Below, piece by piece: positions 50,601 through 59,806 of a stretch of 64,000 bases of DNA (the first letter of the stretch is position 1; each line of letters opens with the position of its first letter). Source of the stretch: Desulfatiglandales bacterium (GTDB lineage Bacteria; Desulfobacterota; DSM-4660; Desulfatiglandales; Desulfatiglandaceae); the NCBI GenBank assembly GCA_963662465.1, contig OY759599.1, positions 4,512,001-4,576,000 of the forward strand, written 5' to 3'. A program made the translations under genes and the position numbers. The notes below the pieces were generated by a model. It was given only the letters and a program-made list of their open reading frames with translations. It made no database searches and had not been told where the DNA came from.

Positions 50601-51528
50601 CCGCAATCAGAATCTCGACAAACAGCCGCTTCCAAAGCTAATGATCGCAGGGACAGCCCAAAGTGTTCTCTGCGTGGTTGATGAAAATGGAGAAATTGCA
50701 GCAAACGATAAGCGAGTCTATAGCATCTTCACCACTTCTATCGACGACCTGTGGTTTCTCGCAGGGATGTTGAATAGCTCAGTGATTTCTTTCTTTTTCC
50801 AAAGAATCGCTCGGCCCAAAGCAGGCGGCTTTTTCGACATCGAAACCCAGTTCCTCGCCCCTCTCCCCATTCCCCACACCACAGACGACGAAAAGACCCA
50901 AGTGGCCGAGAAAGCAAAGAACCTGCAAGACCTGCACACCCGTCGACGTGATCTTCTGTCGATGATCGACAAACGACTTGAAAGCGCTCAATGCGAAGAC
51001 GACAAGCGAGACGAGGGCTGGTTCTGGGCCGACGTCAAACCGCTGAAAGACTTTAAACAAGACGCCCCACCCGAATTGAAAGGCCGCGAGTTAACCACCT
51101 GGGCCAAACTGCAGCGAAATTTGAAACTGGCAGCCCACCTGGAACAAATTAACCCCATGCTTCGTCCGGGGGTAAAGCTCACTGTGACAAACGATTACGG
51201 CGAGTTGAAGGTTATGGCCGATGGCGCGGCGCTGATCGAGGGTATTTTCCTGGACGAAGACGAAGCGACATTCATCGCGGCCCAATGGCGACACAAGGCT
51301 CGTCGCACCAATGTCACCCAGAAATTTGATGCCAGCCGGTTGATATCACTCCTCCTCAAACTCCGCAAGACGAACAACCCGGCCATCATAAAACAGGTGC
51401 TGGGAATTGACGCCGATATCGAGACATTGGATTCTGAAATCGCCAAGGCTGAAGACGACATGAATCAACTCACCTACCGCCTCTACAAACTCACGAAAGA
51501 AGAAATCAGGCTGGTAGAGAGAGGATAA
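47680..51528 (+). CDS. Type IIG (Eco57I-like) fused restriction endonuclease/N6-adenine methyltransferase
   Basis: AD...EFK nuclease motif, FNGGLF, GVYYTP, DPACGSGAF, IGNPPY, C-terminal target-recognition region. Confidence 0.9.
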   Translation: MPEKHQPLFSTAYLRSIWAKDYETFKGSPEAEALHVRLKTWANKDWQKETTSEAAFIHLFFKQTWGYCASGESERDYGYTLQQQFPVKGAGQRGSTGAADVALGCFGRDDMAEVPQVLGEFKDDRSGLDKPQTSRPNARSPVDQCLDYLRESRTGLISPILPTWGFATDMNEFRLYVYGNKAQYQRFVIKPEEGDLAVSLLGDGAEALFQRFLFYRTLHADWLLTTGGKSRLEKLLGEQITHEQVLENEFYGEYHAFRETLYQALREHNPQYDQEGRLRRLVKFTQRILDRCLFILYCEDMGRELGFPPNVLRDVLIEVGASKFYNPESNQAWNMLKQLFAAMREGSPFGADRINKFNGGLFAKDPGMDILKIPNRVFCEQNQGQSTQRLLRYPKTLLYFSAKYNFGTADDGAGRTLTLTALGRIFEQSITDLEVMEAHAEGRESLTEITKRKRDGVYYTPEWVTHYIVEETVGARLCEIRKELGLDKFSTVSNEQIEAYRKDGRSAKIVGEYEKGLRQYRQRLDELRVVDPACGSGAFLIQAFKYLYEERQWIAKESERITGVMGLFDTHSAMRAVLSKNIYGTDINAESVEITRLALWLHTALPDQPLTSLDRNIRCGNSLIGHDFYRQASINRDLFGEDEQERVNTFDWEEAFPEVYERESSGFDCVIGNPPYVKLQNFRKMQEDVAGYLIKARAENGGPLYESTQTGNFDMYLPFIERGIELLNSKGKMGYIAPNVWMVNEYGKGLRQKLKRTRSLDRWIDFKSFQVFDEAITYTALQFFTGSGQDRIRCVFAPEGKEGIASIDWREVKDAVFFYDLPEKDSWQLIPAKEKKLMASLSLKNELLGSIAESISQGLISGAFWIFANERLSEGKYLHSPKQQVRKSSPHEIEVEEMITLRLATGDHIKRYQSVKTELGIIFPYTKGGKAKLYEPYVMERDFPKAFEFLLIYEEFLRQRDGGKLNDEHWYRYSRNQNLDKQPLPKLMIAGTAQSVLCVVDENGEIAANDKRVYSIFTTSIDDLWFLAGMLNSSVISFFFQRIARPKAGGFFDIETQFLAPLPIPHTTDDEKTQVAEKAKNLQDLHTRRRDLLSMIDKRLESAQCEDDKRDEGWFWADVKPLKDFKQDAPPELKGRELTTWAKLQRNLKLAAHLEQINPMLRPGVKLTVTNDYGELKVMADGAALIEGIFLDEDEATFIAAQWRHKARRTNVTQKFDASRLISLLLKLRKTNNPAIIKQVLGIDADIETLDSEIAKAEDDMNQLTYRLYKLTKEEIRLVERG

Positions 51529-51576
51529 GTATTTAAAAATGAGAGGGAAAAACGGTTACCGGTTCCGAATTTTACC

Positions 51577-52164
51577 TCACCCCACCATCACCAGACCGGC
51601 AACCCATGACATGGATTCATCAGGGTAATCGGCCCGAACAGGGGTCTTGTCCATGGGGATTCCGGCATTTTGCAACAATTTTAAGACGCTGATGCCAAAC
51701 CCGGACATGGAAGGACGTGCATATTGGGGGTTTCGACATTCCCCCTGTCCTGAAAGCACACGGCATGCCGCATGTTCACGGCAAAAGATTTTCTTGCATG
51801 ACCCACCCGCAAAGCCCTTTGATTCAGCGTAACCCATGCGAACGGCTGCCCGCTCCACACCCGAAACGATTTCATGAAGCAGTTGCATGACTTCATTGCA
51901 TTCATTTGAAAACATGATCGAAGAGGGGACATCAAGCCGAATCACCACGGCATGGCGCGTCTTCCGAATCAATTTTCGAAAGCCGGCGGGTCCCGAAACA
52001 TGGGGGGGACAGCTTAGCGAGAGTCCATAGGCTTCGCATGGGGTTTCCCGGCAAACCTTTGCCAGATCATCGTCAACAGGAACATCGCCCGCCCCTATAA
52101 TCCCAACCGCGCCGGCCCCCAGTCGAAAAGCCAGTTGCATGAGTTCATTCAATTTCAGCGACAC
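51577..52164 (-). CDS. DUF2284 metal-binding protein
   Basis: C...CEAYG..LSCPP, GGSCK..C, CRNP..ARPSM. Confidence 0.85.
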   Translation of the reverse strand: MSLKLNELMQLAFRLGAGAVGIIGAGDVPVDDDLAKVCRETPCEAYGLSLSCPPHVSGPAGFRKLIRKTRHAVVIRLDVPSSIMFSNECNEVMQLLHEIVSGVERAAVRMGYAESKGFAGGSCKKIFCREHAACRVLSGQGECRNPQYARPSMSGFGISVLKLLQNAGIPMDKTPVRADYPDESMSWVAGLVMVG

Positions 52165-52173
52165 ATTTTCTCC

Positions 52174-52503
52174 TCAAAATGCAAACAGTTCTTGCAAACA
52201 ATCAATGGTTCGAGCCTGTACGCTTCTTGAAACGGCGCCCAGCTTACGAACCAGCCTTGTTTTGTCGACGGCTCTTATCTGATCTAACAAAATCAATCCC
52301 GTTTTCCCTTGAAAAGTACATGAAATTCGGGTCGGGAAACCGAACCCCTTGGAAGTCATCGGCGCTACAATGACTGTTTTTAATGGGGACATTTCATCCG
52401 GTGAAACAACAATACATGGCCTGGTCTTCTTAATTTCAAAACCTTGGGCAGGGTCTAACTGAACCAGCCAAATGTCAAACCGCTTAATCTCTCGTTTCAC
52501 CAT
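52174..52503 (-). CDS. mazF: PemK/MazF toxin
   Basis: DIWLVQLDP..G.EIKKTRPC.VVSP, VAPMTS, DQIRAVDK.RL. Confidence 0.9.
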   Translation of the reverse strand: MVKREIKRFDIWLVQLDPAQGFEIKKTRPCIVVSPDEMSPLKTVIVAPMTSKGFGFPTRISCTFQGKTGLILLDQIRAVDKTRLVRKLGAVSRSVQARTIDCLQELFAF

Positions 52504-52751
52504 TCCCAATCCTCATCATCAACCAATGGGGCATCCAGCCATTCATGGTCCATTGCATCAGATTCTTGGGATTGAAGCGCTTTTTCGAATTGTTTTTTCC
52601 AACCTTGCCTCGGCTTTTTGACCGGCTGGATTAAAAGCCCGTCTTCAACCACCTTCAATGTTAATTCCTTTTCATCCAACTGCGCTTGTTCGATAATGGC
52701 CTTTGGAATCCTCAAACCCTGTGAGTTTCCAATCCGTATTAAGGTCGTCAT
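52497..52751 (-). CDS. mazE: AbrB/MazE antitoxin
   Basis: IRIGNSQGLRIPK; overlaps the toxin start. Confidence 0.9.
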   Translation of the reverse strand: MTTLIRIGNSQGLRIPKAIIEQAQLDEKELTLKVVEDGLLIQPVKKPRQGWKKQFEKALQSQESDAMDHEWLDAPLVDDEDWEW

Positions 52752-52773
52752 ATCTGCCTCCATTTTTCGGCTG

Positions 52774-52795
52774 ATGTAATTACATTATAATTACA
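52774..52795. promoter_or_regulatory. Toxin-antitoxin operator palindrome
   Basis: ATGTAATTACAT plus an adjacent TAATTACA repeat just upstream of mazE. Confidence 0.55.
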
Positions 52796-53049
52796 ATGCA
52801 GAAAACCGTCAAATGAAAATAGCGTCGCATTTGCATGCAGTTTCAGCAAAATACTGGTTTGCCCTTACTTACGCCCACCCACGTTTGAACCGCTCAAATC
52901 TCATTTCAAGAAAAAAAACACCTTGACCTCAGTTAATTCAAAGCAATAGAAGAGGACTTCCTGGTGGATCATTCCCTCCAGGAATGCGAAAAATGCCACG
53001 ATTTACGGTTTACCTGTAATCACAATTCTAAAACGGAGGATGAAAAACG

Positions 53050-53961
53050 ATGAAAAAGAAATCGAAGATCGTTCTGCTTGCCATGTCCCTGTCCTGCCTG
53101 TTGAGCATATCTCTCCCGGTCCCCGCCCCGGCGGGAGACCGCCTGCCGGTTATCGTGAGCATTCTCCCCCAGAAGTATTTTGTTCAAAAAATCGGAGGCG
53201 ACCGGGTCGATATTTCCGTGATGGTGCTTCCGGGCGCCAACCCCGCAACCTATGAACCCAAACCGCAACAGATGGTCAACCTAACAAAATCAAAGCTATA
53301 CTTCGCCATAGGCGTTCTGTTTGAAACGCACTGGTTGAAAAAATTTGCGGGCTTCAATCCCCAAATGACGATTGTTTCCACTCAATCGGGAATAGAGAAA
53401 ATCTCCATGAAAGCCCATCTCCACAATGAGAATGAGGGAAAGGAGGATGCCAAAACAGCGGCTCACACGGAAATCAAAGACCCCCACATCTGGCTTGCGC
53501 CGCCCCTCGTGATGCTGCAGGCCCGGAATATCCTTGAGGGTCTTCTGAAGGTTGATCCACAACACGGAGAAACATACAAAGCTAACTATGGGAGATTTGT
53601 CCGTGAGCTGGTAGATCTGGACCTCAAGCTCATCAAGCAATTTAAAGACTCGGCGGAAGGCACACAGTTTATGGTCTACCATCCCGCGTGGGGATATTTT
53701 GCATGGGCCTATGGCCTGGAACAAATACCGATCGAGATGGAAGGAAAAAATCCAACGCCAAAAGAACTGCAGGCGTTGATCGGTATGGCCAAAAAAAATA
53801 GCATCAAGGTTATTTTTGTTCAACCGCAATTTTCAATAAAAAGCGCCAACACCATCGCAAAAGAGATTGGGGGTCAGGTGATGTTCGCCGACCCTTTGGC
53901 GTTGAATTGGGCTGAAAATCTCGAAAAAGTCGCCGCGGGATTCGAATCGGCGATGAGATGA
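53050..53961 (+). CDS. ZnuA/TroA family metal ABC substrate-binding protein
   Basis: NPATYEP, DPHIWL, YHPAWGYF, VIFVQPQ. Confidence 0.9.
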   Translation: MKKKSKIVLLAMSLSCLLSISLPVPAPAGDRLPVIVSILPQKYFVQKIGGDRVDISVMVLPGANPATYEPKPQQMVNLTKSKLYFAIGVLFETHWLKKFAGFNPQMTIVSTQSGIEKISMKAHLHNENEGKEDAKTAAHTEIKDPHIWLAPPLVMLQARNILEGLLKVDPQHGETYKANYGRFVRELVDLDLKLIKQFKDSAEGTQFMVYHPAWGYFAWAYGLEQIPIEMEGKNPTPKELQALIGMAKKNSIKVIFVQPQFSIKSANTIAKEIGGQVMFADPLALNWAENLEKVAAGFESAMR

Positions 53962-54103
53962 AAAAAGCCGCTTTTGCCGATAGCAAGGACCTGATTCACG
54001 GGAGAAATCAGTTTTCTGTTGACAAGAAATCTCGTCACATCTATTCCTTATCTTGGAAGCGTTAGTTTTTCACCTTAACACCCAAAGAAAGGAGGATGAC
54101 GTA

Positions 54104-55507
54104 ATGGAAAAGAAGCAAACCAGGTTCCGCGTTGCAGTGCTGGGAGGGGTTTTCCTTTTTTTGATCATTTCGAGCGTAGCTCTTGCCGAAGAGATGGTCA
54201 AAAGCAGTTACAGCCCCGTTGTCATGACGGAACCATTTTCCAAAACCATGACCCGGATGGAAAATCAGAAGGATGAGGTCATGGCGCGCCAGATGGACCT
54301 GCTTAACGAGCGCTATGACATGAGCAATCGGCCCGCCGAAGGTCAGATGATGTCCGGCGGAACAAAGGCTATTCAGGAAGGGGTGCGGGTGAAACTGCCC
54401 GCCGGCGTTACCTGGAAACAGCTTGCTGCCATGACCCCGGAAGAAATCAAGGCAAAAGATCTCTGGCCCAATGGATTTTATCCCCTCCCCCACCCCAACC
54501 ACCCCGAGGGCGGCATGGTGTTCCCCAAATACCATATCGAAGAAATCAAAAAACTGGAGGGCAGGGACCTCACCCGATTTGATCTGGACTATGACCTGCC
54601 CGATCATTTTCTTCCCGAATACCCACCCCCCATCTTTCTGACCACCCGGCCGGACCTGGGGGATGTGTCCAAAGGGAAGGTGGTTAACATGATGAATTAC
54701 TTTGAGCTGTTTAACGGGATTCTGAACCCCAAACAGATCGAGGGCCTTCGCCTCCTGCTGACCGCCTTTCCGCAACAGCAGTTCAATCAGACGGATGATC
54801 GGCGCTCGAAGCTGCCCCATCGGGGGGTGACGTGTTTTGACTGCCATGTGAACGGACACACCAATTCAGCTACCCATCTGGTGGGGGACATTCGGCCCCA
54901 GGAGTTCAGGCACGGACTGGATACCCCGACACTTCGAGGTGTAAACGTCCAACGGCTTTTCGGAAGCCAGCGCGCCTTGAAGTCCGTGGAAGACTTTACC
55001 GAGTTCGAGCAACGGGCCGCCTACTTTGATGGAGATCCGGTCATCGGCACCAAAAAGGGCGTCAATATCCTGGACCGGGGAAGCCAGGTCCACTTTATGG
55101 CCGAATTTCAGGCCCTTCTGGACTTCCCCCCCGCCCCCAAGCTGAACATCTACGGCAAGCTGGATCCGAAAAAAGCCACAAAATCGGAGTTGAAGGGCCA
55201 GGAACTCTTTTTCGGAAAGGCCCAGTGCGCCGTTTGTCATCCAGCGCCTTACTATACGGATAACTCAATGCACAACCTCAAGGCGGAACGCTTCTTCAAA
55301 CCCCGCATGATCAATGGTCGGATGGCATCGGCTGACGGACCCATCAAGACCTTTCCCCTCCGAGGCATCAAGGACTCGCCGCCCTATTTTCACGATCGGC
55401 GTTTGATGACGCTGGAAGATACCGTGGAATTTTTTAACCTGATCCAGGAACTTAATCTCACCACCCCGGAGAAAAAGGAATTGGTGGATTTCCTCAGAAC
55501 CCTGTAA
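54104..55507 (+). CDS. Periplasmic di-haem cytochrome c (peroxidase-like fold)
   Basis: Signal peptide, CFDCH, CAVCH, TPTLRG, PPYFHD; AGGAGG RBS. Confidence 0.8.
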   Translation: MEKKQTRFRVAVLGGVFLFLIISSVALAEEMVKSSYSPVVMTEPFSKTMTRMENQKDEVMARQMDLLNERYDMSNRPAEGQMMSGGTKAIQEGVRVKLPAGVTWKQLAAMTPEEIKAKDLWPNGFYPLPHPNHPEGGMVFPKYHIEEIKKLEGRDLTRFDLDYDLPDHFLPEYPPPIFLTTRPDLGDVSKGKVVNMMNYFELFNGILNPKQIEGLRLLLTAFPQQQFNQTDDRRSKLPHRGVTCFDCHVNGHTNSATHLVGDIRPQEFRHGLDTPTLRGVNVQRLFGSQRALKSVEDFTEFEQRAAYFDGDPVIGTKKGVNILDRGSQVHFMAEFQALLDFPPAPKLNIYGKLDPKKATKSELKGQELFFGKAQCAVCHPAPYYTDNSMHNLKAERFFKPRMINGRMASADGPIKTFPLRGIKDSPPYFHDRRLMTLEDTVEFFNLIQELNLTTPEKKELVDFLRTL

Positions 55508-55527
55508 TCTTCAAGGGCGCTTCATAA

Positions 55528-55566
55528 AAGGGGCAGGCCAAAAATGGGCCTCGCCCCTTATTTTTA
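55528..55566 (+). terminator. Intrinsic terminator
   Basis: AAGGGGCAGGCC...GGCCTCGCCCCTT followed by a T-run. Confidence 0.6.
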
Positions 55567-55611
55567 TATTCTTATCAAGAAGTAATGAAGTTTGTTTCAC
55601 CAGGGGGTGGC

Positions 55612-56451
55612 ATGAACCATGAAAAAGGGTTTTTGAACCCACACAGCAATGAAAAGATTTTTTATCAGTGCTGGCTTCCCGAAGGTCCGGTCAAAGCCGT
55701 GCTGCTGCTGGTGCATGGGCTCGCCGAACATTGCGGACGGTACATGAACCTGGTCAACCGGTTTGTCCCCCTGGGTTACGGGGTTTATGGGTTCGATCTG
55801 CCGGGTCATGGAAAATCCCATGGCAAACGGGTATATATTGATCGATTTGAATATTATACCCGAATTTTGGCGGCTTTTCTGGACAAGGTCCGATCCTTAC
55901 ATGAAGCCCCCCCCCTCTTTCTGGTGGGTCACAGCATGGGCAGTCTGGTGAGCGCCGTTTTTCTGCCGGATCACCAGGAAGCATTTGCGGGCGCCGTTCT
56001 TTCCGGATCCGGGGTCATCAAGATTCCGGACGGCATTTCATCAGCTACCATTTTTGCGGGCAGGGCGTTTTCGGTGTTGATGCCCAAAATGGGGCTCATC
56101 GGACTGGATGTCAACGGCGTCAGCCGTGATCCGGCGGTGGTGCGGGCCTATGTGGAGGATCTGTTGGTCTATACGGGAAAAACAACGGCCCGGCTGGCGG
56201 CGGAGATCCTCAAAGCCATGCGGCGTTTCCCGGAAGAGGCGTCCCGGATTACCCTTCCAATCCTGCTGCTTCAGGGCGGCGCGGACCGGCTCGTGGACCC
56301 GGCCGGCGCTCAAATGCTCTTTGACGCAGTCCATTCCCATGACAAAACCCTGAAAATCTATGAGGGGTTGTATCACGAGATATTTAACGAGCCGGAGCAT
56401 GATCAGGTGCTGGCACATGTGGAGGACTGGCTGGAAAACCATATTCACTAA
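55612..56451 (+). CDS. Alpha/beta hydrolase (lysophospholipase/monoglyceride lipase)
   Basis: HGLAEH, GHSMG, YHEIFNE. Confidence 0.9.
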   Translation: MNHEKGFLNPHSNEKIFYQCWLPEGPVKAVLLLVHGLAEHCGRYMNLVNRFVPLGYGVYGFDLPGHGKSHGKRVYIDRFEYYTRILAAFLDKVRSLHEAPPLFLVGHSMGSLVSAVFLPDHQEAFAGAVLSGSGVIKIPDGISSATIFAGRAFSVLMPKMGLIGLDVNGVSRDPAVVRAYVEDLLVYTGKTTARLAAEILKAMRRFPEEASRITLPILLLQGGADRLVDPAGAQMLFDAVHSHDKTLKIYEGLYHEIFNEPEHDQVLAHVEDWLENHIH

Positions 56452-56520
56452 TAACAACAGGAATTCATTGGTAGAAAAACGTAAAACTTAAAATCTAAAA
56501 CCCCAGACACCGGATAATCC

Positions 56521-57390
56521 ATGAAACGATTTACCTTTTCCCCAAAACTGGGCTGGTCGGTAAGCCGATACAGCCTGTTTGAAACCTGCAAGCGGCAATA
56601 CTACTACAACTACTATGCCAAATATGATCCGGTCCACCCCGTCAAAAAGATCCTTGCGCTGAAAAACATGACATCCATCCCCCTTGAAATCGGAAATATT
56701 GTCCACGACGTCAACAAAACCCTTTTGGAGAGACTGCAAAAAACAGCAAAAGCCATCGACAAAGTACGTTTTTTTGACTATGCAAGAAAAAAAACCGTAG
56801 CCTATGTTCACGCAAAAACATTTCAGGAAGTCTATTACGGCCAAATGAAATCCGTCAGCTCGGATAATCTTTTTGAGAGAGTTCGAATCTCCCTTGCAAG
56901 TTTTTTAAACAGTGATCGGTTTCCCTGGTTGATTGACCATGCGATAATAAATAAAGATGAATGGCTCATCGAGCCCCCCGGATATGGAGAAACCCGAATC
57001 AGCGGCACAAAGGCCTACTGCAAGGTGGATTTTCTATTCCCGGTGGAGGACCAACTCTTCATCATGGATTGGAAAACCGGAAAGCCCGACGCCGCAAAAC
57101 ATCACCGGCAGATGGTGGGATACACTGCCTGGGCCTGCTATCATTTCGAGAAGGATCCTGACAAAATCTCTCCCATTGTCGCCTACCTGTATCCTGGGTA
57201 CAAAGAAATTAAAATCACGGCAAAACCATCCGACATTGAGGCATTCGCAAAGCAGGTCAGAAAAGAAACAGCCGATATGAACAAATTCTGTCAGGATATA
57301 CAGAAAAACATTCCCAAGGACAAAACGGTCTTTACCCCGCAAAAGAGCAGGCTCTGCCATTACTGCAACTTCCGGGAGATCTGCGATTGA
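56521..57390 (+). CDS. PD-(D/E)XK nuclease, AddB/Cas4-like
   Basis: WS.S....FETCKR, KVD, DWKTG, Q...Y, C-terminal CHYCNFREIC. Confidence 0.85.
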   Translation: MKRFTFSPKLGWSVSRYSLFETCKRQYYYNYYAKYDPVHPVKKILALKNMTSIPLEIGNIVHDVNKTLLERLQKTAKAIDKVRFFDYARKKTVAYVHAKTFQEVYYGQMKSVSSDNLFERVRISLASFLNSDRFPWLIDHAIINKDEWLIEPPGYGETRISGTKAYCKVDFLFPVEDQLFIMDWKTGKPDAAKHHRQMVGYTAWACYHFEKDPDKISPIVAYLYPGYKEIKITAKPSDIEAFAKQVRKETADMNKFCQDIQKNIPKDKTVFTPQKSRLCHYCNFREICD

Positions 57391-57417
57391 AGCGGAAGCG
57401 ACCCGCAAACTTTCACC

Positions 57418-59697
57418 CTATTGACTGTCGATTTTGTAATAGGAGTTGCTCAAATGCTTGTCGAACTTGAAAGATTCATTGAAAATCTCAAGCAATTTGA
57501 TGTTCTGCTTCCCGATCATGATGCAGTTCCCCACAATGGCATAGAAAAGAATGCTGAGGCGTGTTTTGCTTTCTTCGGTCCTGATCCTTTCAATCTGATT
57601 CTGGTTGAACTGATCCGCCAGTTTTCGCATGTACAGATACTGGTCAACGATGTTCTGGTAATCCACGATTTCTTTCCGGGTAAAAGAGGTTTCCGCCTTC
57701 AAAATGATATCCAGGATGCAAATCTTGATCTTCTTGAGTTCATCGATTTGGACATCCAATAACCCTTTGTGTTTATTGCCGATATGTTTATAGGACCGCA
57801 CCACGATATCCCTGTGTCCATCGGATATTTTCTGCAGGCGTCTAATGGTCTGCGCGTATTTGTACGATATTTTAGCGTCCCCTTTATGTTGAAGACGCAA
57901 CACCTTGAAAACGTTGGCCATGATAATATTGGTCCACAATTGAATCTGGTCGACTTTTTTCCGCTGTTTTTTCAGTTCATCAATATCCTGGTTAATCAAA
58001 GCGTCAAAGGTCAGGTCAAAGGATTCCCGAATGGCGCCCAAAAGGTGCGCCAGATGGTCAAATGTACTGGAAATGGCCATGTGCGCATCCTTGATTTTCT
58101 TCAGGTTAAAAACCCGTTCCTCCTCTTTTTCCTTGACGCGGCCCTTGTGTTTTTTCTGATTGTTCCAGATGACCAATCCCGCAAGCAGCAGAATACCGGC
58201 CACCCCCGGCGCCTTAAAAAAATAGATAACGGTTGCGAAGGCGCCGGAGACCACAAAGGCAATCAAAGCCGTCATAAACCATCCGCCGATCACCGTGAGA
58301 ACCCCGGTGACGCGATAGACCGCCGTTTCCATGCCCCAGGCCTGATCCGCAAAAGAGGCGCCCATGGCTACCATGAAGGTCACATAGGTCGTTGACAGGG
58401 GGAGTTTCATGGAGGTGGCAAAGGAGACCACGGCGCCGGCCACCATCAGGTTAACGGATGCACGCACCAGGTCAAAGGAAGGCTTGGGGCCCGGAACCGG
58501 CGCCGGCTTGTAGCTGTGGGGGTCTATTCGCCTGGCGATATTTTTTCTGAGATTGCGGGGAATAACGCTGCTTAACGTTTTAAAGAATGCATCCGCCATG
58601 TTCACAATGATCCGGGAAAGCCAGATGGACTCAAAACGCTCCGTGGTCTCTTCCTGATGACCCAGCCTGATCTCAGTCTCGGTAACCGTGCGGGCCTTTT
58701 TGCTAAACCACAGGGTCGCCACCATGATGATGCCCGCAATGAGCAGCACGCCGGTCTGGGAGTGAACCTTTCCTCCCAGGGCGCTCATGGCAACACTCAG
58801 CGGATCTCCCGCGGCCATGGCCGTCTTGTAGGCACTCAGTCCCGCCAAAGGGACGCCGATGAAATTGACCAGGTCATTGGCCGCAAAGGCCATGGCCAGG
58901 GCAAAGGTGCCCACCAGCACAATGGGTTTAAAGATATTAACCCTGAAAAAACAAATGGCCGCCTGCAACAGAACCGCCGAAATAACGAAAATACAAGCCA
59001 GGATCAGCAAGGAATGGGTGTTGACCCATAAAACCGCCTCAGACGTCATAAAAGAGGCGCCCTTGGCCCCCTTGATCAAAATGAAGAAGGCGATGGTCGC
59101 CATGGCAACCCCGCCCCAGAGAGCCCCATACCGTTTGAGTCTTTTCTGATAATCAAAGGTAAAGATCAACCGGGTAACGAACTGAACCGCGGCGCCGCAG
59201 CAAAAGGCCACGACGATGGAAAGAAGAATGCCGAACACAATCATCATGGCCTTTCCCGTGTTGATATATTCTCCAAGCGCCATGGCGCCATCCGGACTTT
59301 GCATGATCTTGATGGCGGATGCCGCCACCGCGGCCCCCAAAAGTTCAAACACAATGGAAACGGTGGTGGAGGTGGGCAGGCCATAGGTATTAAAAAGATC
59401 CAGGAGAAGGATGTCCGTCAGCATAACGGCCATGAAGATGGTCATCAATTCCGGCATGGTAAAAAACTGGGGATGAAATATGCCTTTTCGCGCCACCTCC
59501 ATCATTCCGCTTGAAAAGGTCACTCCCGCAAGGATGCCAAGACTTGCAATGATCATGATCACAAAAAACGGCGCCACCCTTGAACCGATGGAAGAATTCA
59601 GAAAATTAACGGCATCGTTGCTAACCCCCACCACCAGATCGAGAACTGCGAAAAGCAGAAGAATCACGACAGCGATCAGAAAAATTTCAGTTCCCAT
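57418..59697 (-). CDS. PiT inorganic phosphate transporter with PhoU-like C-terminus
   Basis: GVSNDAVN, PTSTT, AANDLVN, PLSTT. Confidence 0.88.
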   Translation of the reverse strand: MGTEIFLIAVVILLLFAVLDLVVGVSNDAVNFLNSSIGSRVAPFFVIMIIASLGILAGVTFSSGMMEVARKGIFHPQFFTMPELMTIFMAVMLTDILLLDLFNTYGLPTSTTVSIVFELLGAAVAASAIKIMQSPDGAMALGEYINTGKAMMIVFGILLSIVVAFCCGAAVQFVTRLIFTFDYQKRLKRYGALWGGVAMATIAFFILIKGAKGASFMTSEAVLWVNTHSLLILACIFVISAVLLQAAICFFRVNIFKPIVLVGTFALAMAFAANDLVNFIGVPLAGLSAYKTAMAAGDPLSVAMSALGGKVHSQTGVLLIAGIIMVATLWFSKKARTVTETEIRLGHQEETTERFESIWLSRIIVNMADAFFKTLSSVIPRNLRKNIARRIDPHSYKPAPVPGPKPSFDLVRASVNLMVAGAVVSFATSMKLPLSTTYVTFMVAMGASFADQAWGMETAVYRVTGVLTVIGGWFMTALIAFVVSGAFATVIYFFKAPGVAGILLLAGLVIWNNQKKHKGRVKEKEEERVFNLKKIKDAHMAISSTFDHLAHLLGAIRESFDLTFDALINQDIDELKKQRKKVDQIQLWTNIIMANVFKVLRLQHKGDAKISYKYAQTIRRLQKISDGHRDIVVRSYKHIGNKHKGLLDVQIDELKKIKICILDIILKAETSFTRKEIVDYQNIVDQYLYMRKLADQFNQNQIERIRTEESKTRLSILFYAIVGNCIMIGKQNIKLLEIFNESFKFDKHLSNSYYKIDSQ

Positions 59698-59806
59698 GCT
59701 GTTTTCCTTTAAAAAAACAAAAAAATTTCATTGCCTGACCAAAGGGGTGTAATGTTACTATGACAAAGGTTGTTTTGTATAGAATTTTTCGAAGGAGCGT
59801 AATCAA

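Noticed and set aside
47680..52763. Prophage or integrative element carrying the R-M and TA genes
   Set aside because: No integrase, transposase, tRNA target or att repeats found.
56521..57390. CRISPR-Cas system
   Set aside because: No repeat-spacer array or other cas genes anywhere in the window.
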